Below, in pieces: positions 51,817 to 64,000 of a stretch of DNA of 64,000 nucleotides. Each line of letters starts with the position of its first letter. Position 1 is the first letter of the stretch. The notes beneath the pieces were generated by a model. It saw nothing but the letters and a program-made list of their open reading frames with translations. It was not told the DNA's origin and did not search any database. This DNA comes from Bilabrum cf. latius (lineage: Eukaryota), in assembly GCA_965178125.1 (NCBI GenBank), contig OZ237775.1, forward strand, positions 496,001 through 560,000. Direction: 5' to 3'. Both the position numbers and the translations under genes were made by a program.

Positions 51817-53227
51817 TCAAGTACCTCCCGCGCTCTTGCTCTCACTGGCTCCCCCCCCGCGGCTTGCATCGCCCCCCAAGCCGAGCTCTCCAGCGATGCT
51901 GGCATCCATGGGGGCCAGTGGGGCGATGGCTCCAGCGCGAGCCGCAGCCCGGGCCATTGGTGTGGGGTACACTGCACTGGCCGGAGGGGGCGGCGGCGGG
52001 CCCCACTGAGTTCCACTGCCAGCCCCAAGTATACCTCCTGCAGGTGCCCCCCAGCCGAGGGCCTGCCCACCTACCACCCCGCCCATTTGCCCTGCGGCAA
52101 GCCCGCCGCCCGCTGGAGCCCCCACCAGGCCTTGCCATGGACCCCCGCCTGCCAAGGCTTGGCCCGGCGGCCCCCCAGGCGGCGGCAGCCCAGATGCAGC
52201 GGCTACTGCAGCCGCCATGCCAGCCTCCGACACCGACACCGGGGGCAGCGGCGCGCTCGCAGGAGCGGGGGGCAGCGAGGGCACCACGACCGGCTTGCCC
52301 ATGGGGGGCAACTCGGCCTCTGCAGCAGCAATGCGCTGGTATGCAAGGCGCACTGCTGTGCGGAGCGGCTCGCATTTCAAGAATCTCGCTTCTTGATACA
52401 GCTGCTTCAGCAAGGGCTTGGAGCGCGGGAGGGCGGCGTCCCCGTCCCTGAGAAACTGCAGCACGTGGCGGAACAGCCACCAATCGCGCGCGATGAATGG
52501 CACTTGCTCGCTTCCTGTGGCGCTGCTTTTGGGTGCACTGGCTGCAATGTCTGCCAGCACAGAGCCCTTACCTGCGCGGGAAAGCACATCGGCGCTCGTC
52601 TCGAAGCAGTGCCCTCCCACATTGATGCGAACCGTGGCAGCCCCCGACTGTGCAAGTGTCCGAGACGCTTTCAACCACCTAGACTCCAGAGCATCGCGCA
52701 GCCTGCATAATTGAGGCAGCGTAACTATGCAGCGGTACTAATCGCTTCATAAACCCTCTGGACAAAGCGTGAAACAACTCTCAACTCTCTGGCCTCTCAC
52801 CATACTCTTTCATCTTCGAGAGCTCGGAGTGAACTTCGAATATCACGCATCTCCTACTACTGACCAATTCTACGCTTCTGTATCTGTGATTGATTGAGCG
52901 GAAAGAAACTTTGCTCAGACGCAGATCATAACGACACGCCGCAGCGCAAAAGACAGCAAGCAGAGTATTTGCGACCTACCTTGACAAATACCTCTCCCTA
53001 TAGCTGCCGCTTTTCCCGAAGAAGCTCAATCTTAGATCTGCGAGCGAGCGGTATTTTCATGCAGCAGGTCCCTGTCTAGTCTGTGCAGGCCACGGGGGCA
53101 GTAGCAGGCGACGTCGACAGAAAATGAAAACTCACCTGACCGAATCATACACTTTATCAACAGCAGAGTGAGCAGCTTCACGCCTACCATCAATTCGAAA
53201 TCCATCAGCTTCACCATTTCCGAGCAT
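51817..53227 (-). CDS. Coiled-coil + BTB/POZ (KCTD-type) domain protein
   Basis: Predicted exons 53227-53136, 53037-52980, 52883-52801, 52702-51817. BTB motifs VRINVGGHCFETS and FIARDWWLFRHVLQFLRDG...LYQEARFL. Exon 3 contains CAG TAG TAG. Confidence 0.75.
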
Positions 53228-53384
53228 TGTGAATTTGTGTGGTGCTGCTCTGTTTCGTCCGTCCAAGTCCAACGGCTCCGAAGTAACGAGCGATTCGTCC
53301 CGGTTCCACATTTCGATTATATTTCACCCTGACTTACTGGCCTGCGTATCATCCTGTCCCTTTGATCGACGCAGCAGTACAACC

Positions 53385-53708
53385 ATGCATGCTTTGCGGA
53401 TTGGAAACCGCGTTGCCGGCAGATTCTATCTGGCGAAAAGCTGCGAGCTGCGAATGGCCACGAGCGATGCGAAGACCTCCGCACCGCAGTGGTTTTTGGG
53501 CGTAGTGAAGTGTCCGATAACGCATTCACGCCTCGAATACGATTCAAACCTGAATAGCTTAGTTTCGAGGCAAGCTGGAGTCGGGTACCGCGTTTGTCAA
53601 GGCATCCCAGCGGTAATGCCATCGAAGGCCAGCAGACTTCGTTCAAGCAGCGAAGAAGCCAGCAGAATCACTTCCAAAGTATGCGGCGAAAACAGCAAGA
53701 CTGACTGA
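53385..53708 (+). CDS. PYURF: Trm112-like/UPF0434 protein (PreY/PYURF), mitochondrial
   Basis: Transit-like N-terminus, then VKCPITHSRLEYD....LVSRQAGVGYRVCQGIPAVMP; stop TGA. Confidence 0.75.
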   Translation: MHALRIGNRVAGRFYLAKSCELRMATSDAKTSAPQWFLGVVKCPITHSRLEYDSNLNSLVSRQAGVGYRVCQGIPAVMPSKASRLRSSSEEASRITSKVCGENSKTD

Positions 53709-53733
53709 CATGAGTTTATGAGCAATGTGATAG

Positions 53734-54909
53734 TCAGGCATTCTTCGAAAACACGACAGCCTTGACAACAACCGGGTCTCGTGTGCTGGCAGAATCCACT
53801 GCGATCGAATGGCGGGGCAGCTCTACTATCGATAGAATTGCGCAGCCCTCTGCCTCAACGTGCCGCTGTAGCTCCTTGGCGGACATCCGCACAACGGGGC
53901 CGGTTGCAGACGGCGGCAGCGCCAGCGCCTCGCAGTCCGCCGCATCTGGCCGCCTGGACGTCGGCGCTGATACATCGGCTGCGAACGCCACAACACCCGC
54001 CCCGTCACGCCGGACGAGCCTGCAGGCCTCCCTCGCAGTTGCGGCTTGCCAGGCCGGTGGCTACCTCATCTAGAACGGCTCCACGCTGAGCACGGCTCCG
54101 AATCCATCGCCCACCACCCCTCGGGCCAGCCGCCTGGAGACCCACGGCCCCGGCGAGACCACGTGCGAGACAAGGGCTGGCACGGGCGGGGCCTATGCCT
54201 GCATCTCTCTAGCTGCCACGAGCATTTCCTCCATGGTGCGGTGGATGCAGATCACGGGTGACCCAAGTGGCAGTGGGAGGACGGCCCGAGATGCGCTGCT
54301 ATCGGTATCAGCAGGCTTGCTCGAAGAAGAGCGCTGGTGTGTTCCTCCTGCCAGTGCTGCCGCAACGCGGCCTAGCTCGCAGCCGAGCACGAGGGCGCCG
54401 GCACCAACAGCGGGGCTGGGCCCCCCACTGCCACTGGCTTCCGAGAAAGGATGGGCAGGGAGGGCTTCCTGCATGATCGTTTCGAGCTCTTTCATGATTG
54501 TGGCTCCAGATCCCATGTATCGTTGCCTACCATCTGCTGCAATGCTGGCTCCGCTGGCATACCGCGATGCATACATAGTCCAGATGTGGTTCATGGTCAG
54601 CCCCGAGGCCTCCTGCGAGTCAGACTTGGAGAAGGCGCGGCCATCGACCGAGTCCACCCCAGCCTGCCACACTAACTCTTCGTCAAATCTGGTTTCGCCA
54701 CACGACGAGCGCACCACATGCTGCTAATTTCGAGCAGTCGGCACGCTAGGCAGAAGCCCTGGATTTGTCCGCATCAGCAACGGCGTGCTCAGCAACCCAA
54801 AACTTCGCACAGCCAAAACTGTGCAGACTATTACGAGCAGTGCAAAGGCTGCCACCAAAGCAGTGGACAACTGCGGTGGCGCCTTCGTCTGTGACTTGCG
54901 TCGGCCCAT
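53734..54909 (-). CDS. Type II membrane protein with a degenerate class I methyltransferase-like domain
   Basis: ORFs 54724, 54193 and 53734 are in one frame, joined by TAGs (54724, 54193, 54070, 54061); stop TGA. N-terminal TM helix LVAAFALLVIVCTVLAV; motif-I-like ALVLGCELGR. Confidence 0.5.
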
Positions 54910-55143
54910 TGCAGGTAATCCTTTCAGCTGCTGTCTGCCCCGCAGTATGCTCCCTATCATACCCTGCTTGAGCTTGGGCAAGCGCTGGAGTATCTATCAA
55001 CAGCTAAGGTTGCTGGAGGGGATTTGTACAGGTTAAATTGTATATCGTTGTCATTGTTGAGGGTTTGGCACTTTGCTCATCACATCGCAAGACCGCGCAC
55101 GAGAGAACTTGACAGCAATCGCAAAAAGAACGACAGGCTTGGG

Positions 55144-57620
55144 ATGAGCACCCAGGCAGAGGGTTTAAGCGGTGCAATACAAATCACGACTGCTGCGCAA
55201 AGCAAGACAAAACGTGGGAAAAGAGGGGGAAAGCGGAACCGGCGTGGAAAACAGACGCAAGTGAAACTGGAGGCACCACAAGAGGCAGGTGATCCGAAAG
55301 AAACGCCGGCCGAGTCAAATGAATTTGTTGTAGCAGGCAAACGCGATGATGAAAAATTGAAAGCTTCGGCAAAGCGATAGAAGGCCAGAGAGCGGGCAAA
55401 GCGCCGGCGGGAGCGGGCAACATCACAAGTATCCAACCAACCAGTCCGTGCAGGCGTTCTTGTAGTGGATGCGGGAGCTTTCATAACGGGCCCATCCCTT
55501 CTACGTGGGATGGGAAGAGTGAGTCGGCTCTATAGCTCAATATTGCCTTTCCTTGCGCAACTGGCCCCAGCACGATATTCCTCCCGTTGTAGTGTTGTTG
55601 CCACCTATCACAGTGTTTGATATCGACGCCAGCAGTCATCAGGGAGATCAGAGATGAGCAGTCCCGAGCTGCGCTGGACCAGCTTCGGTTGGTCGCACAA
55701 GCGAGTGCCCAAAGCCCCGATGCTAGGGCGTCCTCTCCGCTGGAACGCGCGCCACCGCTCCCCCGCGGCAAACGAGCCGGATTCTTCGAGGAAGAACCGC
55801 CTGCAACGTACGTCTCTAGGGTCCGAGAGGAGGCCCGCAGCACTGGAGACCTGGCCTCTCTCTCAGCCGCGGACATCGAGATACTCGCGCTCGCCCTGCA
55901 GTATCACGCCCCTGCCCAGCGACCAAAGAGCAAGCATGCGGCCGGCGGTGCTCGCAGCGCTGACCCTGCAGCAGTGCGTGGTGGCAAACAATAGCCAGAG
56001 GCGTCATCCAAAACGCCTGATTCGCCAGTGGCAGCTGCAGCGGGGGCAGGCCAGGACGCAGGGGGCTAGGGCTAGGGCTAGGGCTAGGGCTAGGGCTAGG
56101 GCTAGGGCTCTCCTGCTGTCAGCCCAATGGGGGCGCTTGCGGCAGGCACGGGCAAGGTACCGGCCTGGGGGGCCAAGGCAGGCGGCTGGGCTGCCATCGC
56201 ACGCAAGACGGCGGGCGACCGAGCTGTCACTGGGCGAGCTTCATCCGGTGCTGCGGTTGTCGACGCCCTCGCCCCTCCAGAGGAGCAAGTGTCCGTGAGG
56301 CAGGAGTAGGGCGAGGGGGGCACCTCCCATGAGGCCTTTCCCACTTTGGGGAGCATGCGCGCCCCTCCACCCCTGGCAGACAAACACGAGATCGGGGCCG
56401 TTGTATCCTCTTGGGCCGATGCCGAGGCCGCAACCGCGGAGCTGGAGGCTCGCAAGCAGCTGCGGAGAGAGCGGGCCGGAGTGGAGGAGAGCGCAGAGGC
56501 TCGCGCCGCCGCAGACGCCTCAGATGCCGTGTCAACTGGGTCCCAGGACGAGGATTTGCCCGAGGGAGTGGCAGTGGAGCGGACTGCGAGCGACTTTTTG
56601 GACGAGGACGAGGGGGTGTGGGTGGGGCCCGGGGCAGCAGGGCTGCACGACGCGCTCGCATTTGGAATGGAATGGACCCGGTCCAGTGGAGAGATGGGCA
56701 GGGGCACTGCAGGGCCGGGTGGCGAGGGCAGTGCTGCCTCGACTGCCGGTCAATCTGGGGATGAGCGCAAGCCGACGAGTGCTGCTGTCCCTGTGGCGAT
56801 CATCTCGGGGGACTACGCAGTGCAGAACACGGCCCTTTCCCTCGGTATTCCTGTGTGCGGGCTGCACGGCAGGCGTGTGGCGCATCGCCGCACGTGGTCA
56901 CTCCGTTGCACCGCATGTATGGAACTCTGCAGAGACCTGGAGCGCGTCTTCTGCCCCTCGTGCGGGAACAGCGGCACTCTGCGCAGGGTGGCTGTGGAGC
57001 ACGTGGTGCGGACCATCCGAGGGAAGGACGGCAAGGAGCGGCAGGTGACCGAGGAGCAGCTGATCCTCGCCCGCCACTTCCAGCCCAAGCTGCGCGGCAC
57101 AATCTACTCGGTTCCGGACCGCAACAGCAGGCGGGCCAAACGCAGGGAAAGGACGAGAGCGGGCATACGGGCGGCCAGGGCACCGGCAGTGCTCGCAGAT
57201 GCAGCGGTGCAGGGGCGGGGCGGCGAGAGTGCACTGGGAGGAGGCGGCATGTCGGCGGGGCAGGCTCGTCTGGGGCGTGCAGGGCGCGTGGGTCGGCTGC
57301 TGGTGAGCGAGGAGCAGCTGAGGCAGGGCGCCTGGGCCTCGCTCGCTCGGGGAGACCGCAAAGCGGCACAGGTCGGGAGCAGGGGTCGGGAGGACCTTGG
57401 GCTCGTGTATGGCGCGACCCCTGCCAAGGAACTCATTGGCACTGGGACCGGGTCAGGGGCAGGGGCAGGGACGGCCCGCGAAGGCGATCCACCCCATGGC
57501 CCTGGGGAAGATGCGCTTCGCGTGAGGGGCCTGCCTCGGGTGGTGGTGGGGCTGGGCGCTGGCAATCCGAATGCCAGGAAGGGGAGGGAGAGAAGGGGGA
57601 AAGGAGGGCGCATCAAGTAA
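55144..57620 (+). CDS. NOB1: 20S pre-rRNA D-site endonuclease NOB1 (PIN domain + zinc ribbon)
   Basis: Exons 55144-55518 and 55614-57620. PIN motifs VLVVDAGAFI, TPAVIREIRD, TGDLASLSAADIEILALA, SGDYAVQN; zinc ribbon LRCTAC...FCPSCGN; LRGTIYSVP; C-terminal NPN; stop TAA. Ten internal TAGs. Confidence 0.9.
56064..56108 (+). repeat. (GGCTAG)x7 coding microsatellite, read as (Gly-Gln)7
   Basis: TAG in the NOB1 frame at 56067, 56073, 56079, 56085, 56091, 56097 and 56103. Confidence 0.95.
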
Positions 57621-57815
57621 AAGTCGGGTGGTTTCAATGCAAATGCCGCATTCGCAAGCACCAAGCACGCCAAGTCCATCCACTGGGCGTGACCCGGTGG
57701 AATACGGGCCTGCACACCGCCACTGATCTGTCAAGCGACCACGCATGGTGCTGCCACTGCACCTCCACTTAAAACCCGCATATTGCACTTCTCTCTCTGC
57801 GTCCCCGCCGCTGGC

Positions 57816-58804
57816 TCAGAAGAACCGGTTCATCACAGACATGGCTGTCTCGTATCCCCAGAAGCAGGCAGCATTGGCCGGGAATGCGCGGAGCAGGGCA
57901 GGCCCAACCCCCCTATACAGGGCTGCTGCACCCTCTGTCTCCACCACGTGCCGTGCAGTTGCGAGGAGGCCCCTGGTGGCGGCGGGCCCTGTGCCCACCG
58001 CTGCCTGCATGCGGCTCTTAACCGTGTCGAAGGGGATGGCGATGAGCCAGTTCAACATACCCGCCGATCCACCGGCAAACAGAACGGCAGGAGTCGATGG
58101 GACGCTGCCATCCGTGCTCAAAGCGCGCTTGATCCCTTCGTAGGCGCCAAAATACGCGAACGAACCGAACCCGTCCCGAAGGAGAGTTGCCACGGATCCG
58201 CGAAACACGGAGCGCAACCCCCCCTCTCTCCACAAGTCCTTGGCCACTGCGATGGCGCCAGGCTGCTTTCCATTGGTAGGGCTTTGTGTCTGCATGATGC
58301 ACTTGATTCGCTCCCCCGGAGCCATGATGGCTGTCGTTGGCAAGGCAGAGAAGGCCCCAGCCACACCAATGTCCAGCAGGGACAACCTGGTAGGATCGCC
58401 ATGCCCCCGGTGTCCGGCAATGATGCTTTTACCAAGACCATATGCCCAAAAATTTACGGCAAAAATCGGCGTGACTCCAGCTAGTGGTGTGCTCATGCCC
58501 CTGTATAGACCCAGAGCCCCGTCTGCTTTGATTGTCTTCTTCACGACATCCATAATTCCAGAATACTTATCTGGCTGAGCCTATAACCTAACCTTGATCA
58601 AATCAAGGGGGTGGCCAGCGAACACTAAGCACGAACCTCCTACTCCGCCGGCAATCACCTGTTTAAGCATCGACATTGCACCTGCAGCGAAACAGAAAGT
58701 GGGCATGTACGCAGCGACATTACAGGCACTTTGCTGGCAAGGTGGCACTATTGTAAGAACTTTAATTGCATGAACCTACCGCTGCTCTTCGTATCTTTAG
58801 CCAT
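57816..58804 (-). CDS. SLC25A20: Mitochondrial carnitine/acylcarnitine carrier (SLC25A20-like)
   Basis: Exons 58804-58780 and 58681-57816 (296 aa). Three carrier signatures [67 protein letters not shown]. Stop TGA. Confidence 0.9.
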
Positions 58805-59040
58805 CGTTCTGGTTGGTTCCTTTAAGTGCCTAAAAAAAAGCGAATCTTTTTGCCGGGGGCAACTCGCTCCCGAGGTGTGACGAGCACCGGATCAGAAGCA
58901 ATTCACACTGCACACACACTGCACACTGTGCCTCACATAATCTTGTTTCGACAAATTGCGATCGCATAGATACGTATCGAGCGTCGGCACCCTCAGCCTT
59001 CAGGGGGGCAATAAAACAGCATTCCCTGATAAATTCAGAC

Positions 59041-61655
59041 TCAGAGCCCCCCGTCAGTCTCCAGGGCGCACTCGAGCACCTTTGCCGCAGTGACCGCCAC
59101 GGGGCCTGGCTCGCCGTCACCGCCATCGGTCGCCCCAGCAGCGGCATCATCTTCATCGGCCTGGGCCTGCCTGGCCATCTCTAGCAGTGCAAGCAGCCTC
59201 TTGATCGGCACGCCGCCCCTCTTGCCCCCGAGCTCCTTGGCTGCCGCCTCCATCTCGCCTGCCGCCATCACCGCACCACGAGCCGGGACCGGGCCCCCGC
59301 CTTCATCTGCACCTGCCCCCGACTGCGGCCCGCCCTCGGCCCCGGACCCACTGCTTCCCACGGCCTCCCCCGCTGCTCCCGCGCCAGCCCCCTCGGCAGC
59401 CCACTGCCTTGCCGCCTCCTGGATCACCGCCAGCAGCTCGTCCTCCTCCCGCAGCACGGGCAGCCGCTGCACCGTGGAGCACGCCTTGCCCACTCCCAGG
59501 TCCTCCACCACGGGCTCGTCGCTGCACGTGGCCAGCACCAGCAGCTTGTGCCCCGAGGGGGGCCTCCTCCGCAGCAACACCAGCAGGGTCTGCAGCACAG
59601 AGTTGGAGAACCGCTGGCCCACGGGCACATACTCGAGCATGCGGTCCACGTCGTCCAGCAGCAGCAGACTAAGGGGGCTCTTGCCCGCGTCCTCGAATGC
59701 CTCGTGCAGCCGCTGCGCCTTGACGCTCTCTGGCAGCGACAGCAGGTCCTCTGCCCCGATGCGCTTCACGAACGGGAAGCCGCTCTCCACCGCGATGCTG
59801 GCCGCTAGCGCCGTCTTGCCAGCCCCCGGGGGGCCCGACAGGCAGCAGGTCACGAGGGACTGCCTCGACTCGCGGGACAGGAGCTGTCTGGTCAGCCTCC
59901 GCATCGTCTCCCGGAGCCCCTTGAATGCCTCGCTGTAGTCGATGATGCCGTAGCCCTCGTACAGCGCCCGAATGTCGTCGTCCGCCACCCCGAAGGCTGG
60001 GTGCGTCTCCTCAACGGCCCTCAGGAAGTCTGAGTGCGTCAGCTTGATGTCCTTCCTGTCGATGGCCTTGCTCAGGTCACTCGGGTCGATCACCCTGGCC
60101 ATCGCGAAGGAGCGCGCATTGCGCACCACCCTGGAGAGCTCTGCCCCGGTGAAGTTCTTGGACCTCTTGGCCACCTCGAGCAGGTCTACACCCTCCCCCA
60201 GGAAGCCCTCCTTCTGGAGCTTGGACGTGTGGATGCCCAGGATCTGCTCGCGGCCGTGCTCTGAGGGAAGACCGATCTCGACGTGCACCTCCAGCCGGCC
60301 GGGCCGCAGCAGGGCATCGTCGATCATGTCCTTCCGGTTAGTCATTCCGATGAGCAGCACGTTGTTGAGTGAGTCCACGCCGTCGATCTTGGACAGCAGC
60401 TGGTTCACGATGGAGTCGTGCACGCCGGTGCCTCCCCCCACGGACCCCCTCTTCCTGCAGATGGCGTCCAGCTCATCCATGATGATGATGTGCAGCCCGC
60501 TCTCGTCTCCCTTCTCGGCCTGCTCCTTCTCGGCGTCCTCGAATAGCTCCCTGATCTTCTTCTCGCTCTCGCCCACGTACTTGTCCAGAATGCTCGGGCC
60601 TTGCACCACCTTCGGCTCGGCGGCGTTCAGCGCCTTGCCGATCTGACGAGCGATGAGCGTCTTGCCGCAGCCTGGCGGCCCGAACAGCAACATGCCCCTC
60701 ACGTGGTTGAGGCCCATGGCGTCGATCAGAGAGGGGGGCAGCAGCCTCGAGGCGAAGGCCTGTCTGAAGATGAGCTTGAACTCCTCGTCCAGCCCGCCCA
60801 CCCCGAGAGCCTGGAAGTTGAAGCCCTTCCCGAAGATCTGCTGCCGCTGGTTGGACGCGCTGCCCTTGAGCTTGAACTGCGCGTCTTGCCCCTTGCGGAC
60901 GGTCACCTCGGTGCTAGAGAGCACCTAGGCTAGGTGGCCCCCACCCGAAGAGCCCTCCTTGGCCGTACCAGCTGCCTCACGGGGAGTTACCACGTCGAAC
61001 TCGCGCACCGTGAACTTGAGTGGGACATCCACCGTGGCTGCACCGCCGCTAGCCGCCGCGCCAGCCCCAGATCCGTCCGAGCTGGGGTCGTGCTTGAATT
61101 TCACTGCCCCTGCCTATCCTACTTTAAACACGTGGCCAGCGAAGTTTCTCTTGATTGTGTCTCCGATTTTCCCTGCATTTAACGTGTACGAGCCGTACGA
61201 TCCTTTCCCGACCTGCTGAACCTCCACCACGATTCTGGTAGCAAGGAATGGCGTGTCTGGACGCGCAACGAACCGAGATACCGGCACCGGCTGATTGAGG
61301 CGAAAGTTGCCTGCTAGTCTATGCAGCTAACCCATGCCAATGCCACTCATGGAAGTTCCAGGATGTGGACTGCGAAATGTCGTAGCACATTCCAGAAAAG
61401 TACAAATACTCTTGGATGCGCACTAATTCGACACGGATGCCGGTGCAAGAGTGATATAGACAATCAATATGAATCAAATTCTTACATCACGCGTAAAGCA
61501 AGGTCGCCCACTTGGCAGAGCAGTCCCGCTTGCTTCGCTTTCTCTGCAGCCAGGTCGCCGCCTGCCAACTCCTCAAACGACTCCTGGGAGACTGAAGCAA
61601 CATCCATCCACGCTAATGTTGAAACATCAGGAATTTTTTCTGATACGAGCTCCAT
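59041..61655 (-). CDS. NSF: Vesicle-fusing ATPase NSF/Sec18
   Basis: Exons 61655-61486 and 61369-59041. D1 motifs GVGGLDEEFKLIFRQAFASR, GPPGCGKT, GLHIIIMDELDAIC, NQLLSKIDGV, GMTNRKDMIDDALLRPGR; D2 GPPGAGKT. N-domain contains TAGs at 61327, 61114 and 60925. Confidence 0.94.
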
Positions 61656-62052
61656 CTTTACAGGAAAAATCCCCTCGAAGACAGTTAAATGCGGGACCTC
61701 CAGAACTGCAGCAAGCAATAATGTGTTTTGTCTTCATCTTGATGCCGTGCATTTCGGTTGCAACCGCAGTTCAGACTTGTCCAGAATTTGCAGGCCCTGT
61801 ACAAGTGCGTCATACTATACAACGTTCGTGTGATGTAGCACATGTAGCGCTGGCATGTATTTATGGTTGAATGTACTGAGAGCTTGAACATGGAATCTGG
61901 TGTGGGGGCCGAGGCAAGGACATCACACGACAAGTGCGCAATCGCCCAGAGGTGCCGTCACGGCAAGGTAACCAGGCAATCGTCCCAGGCCGCCAAGCGC
62001 CTCGCTTGTCACTCCAGCCCCCGCTATGGCCCCACCCTGCCTGCCAGCGTCC

Positions 62053-63296
<1,244 letters not shown>

Positions 63297-64000
63297 CTAG
63301 CCGCAATGGCTACTCCCCAACATAGACCGAGCGCGGGCCGGAAGTTCGCAACTTGAATTTCTTGATAGCAAGCACCACTGGCAGTGCTGGTACACAGTAG
63401 GGGGATGGACAGCTGGGTGAGCTGGTGTAGCGGCTGATGGACCTCGTGGCATAGGTGCAGCCCAACTTGCAGCAATTGTCCCTAACGAACGGCACATGTG
63501 GGGTATTGATTGCTTCAAGGTGTTAACACTGTTAAGACGATCGGATCACGGCAAACCCTCGGACTCCAAGTGCCAGGCAGCCGCCTCGACAGCAGGCCTG
63601 GCTGCGTCCGCGTGAAGAATGTTGTGCGTTATCCCCCACCGCGTGTACACACCGTGCTTGTTCTTGAAATCAGACTCTTTCAAAGAAACTGAATCCAACA
63701 AAGGTGTGAAACGTCGCACCACTGCTCCGTTACTGTATTGCTCCCGCGGCCATCACATGAATGCGGGCGCATGAATAAATAATGTTTTAGCCGTTCAGGC
63801 CGACACTTGATGCATCTCACCCAGCATGCTGATGCACTGATACCGGAACTCACGTGCTTATCCCAAACCGGTAAATAAACCGACAGCACCAGAATGCAGC
63901 ACAATCGCGCACGGAAGGGCAATTGTGACCCCCAGGCTTGGTCTGATTACGCTCAAATCGTAAATAGTTCTCCCATGTCAGCTCACCAAGAGAATCAAGG

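Noticed and set aside
56064-56108. (CTAGGG)n as an interstitial telomere repeat
   Set aside because: It is short, in frame inside NOB1, and explained as a Gly-Gln coding tract.
57618-57620. Ciliate-type code 6 (both TAA and TAG = Gln)
   Set aside because: No in-frame TAA was found in any recognisable gene, and TAA ends NOB1 and the kinesin right after their last recognisable motifs.
32771-61655. Genes with internal stops being pseudogenes or sequencing errors
   Set aside because: The interruptions are exclusively TAG (never TAA, TGA or frameshifts), fall on conserved Gln sites, and affect essential genes such as NSF, NOB1 and BCKDHB.

Overview
Gene-dense nuclear DNA of a GC-rich eukaryotic microbe. 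It has GT-AG spliceosomal introns and long Ala/Gly/Ser-rich insertions; the style recalls heterotrophic stramenopile flagellates, but taxonomy cannot be fixed from this window. The key observation is a non-standard genetic code: TAG is a sense codon for glutamine, while TAA and TGA remain stops. In-frame TAGs sit at conserved Gln positions (BCKDHB AEM*FADY, mitochondrial carrier KVRL*, Na/Pi transporter LV*SS), inside CAG/CAA runs, and as a (GGC TAG)x7 tract in NOB1. The standard-code ORF track therefore fragments most genes. Re-read with TAG=Gln, the window holds about 22-23 intact genes: an MSI-type WD40 protein, prolidase, a coiled-coil protein, a ~3000-aa receptor-like protein with tandem periplasmic-binding domains, an alpha/beta hydrolase, a FYVE + R-SNARE + CaaX protein, a Na/Pi cotransporter, BCKDHB, DCTN5, HMGCL, a kinesin with a C-terminal chromodomain, DBT, mitochondrial DnaJ, a TPR/SAM methyltransferase, a BTB protein, PYURF, NOB1, a carnitine carrier, NSF, a Ubc4/5 E2 and a few hypotheticals. 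Three leucine/BCAA catabolism genes lie within ~12.5 kb. No tRNA, rRNA, CRISPR or clear mobile element was recognised. Homology calls come from recalled motifs, not database searches.
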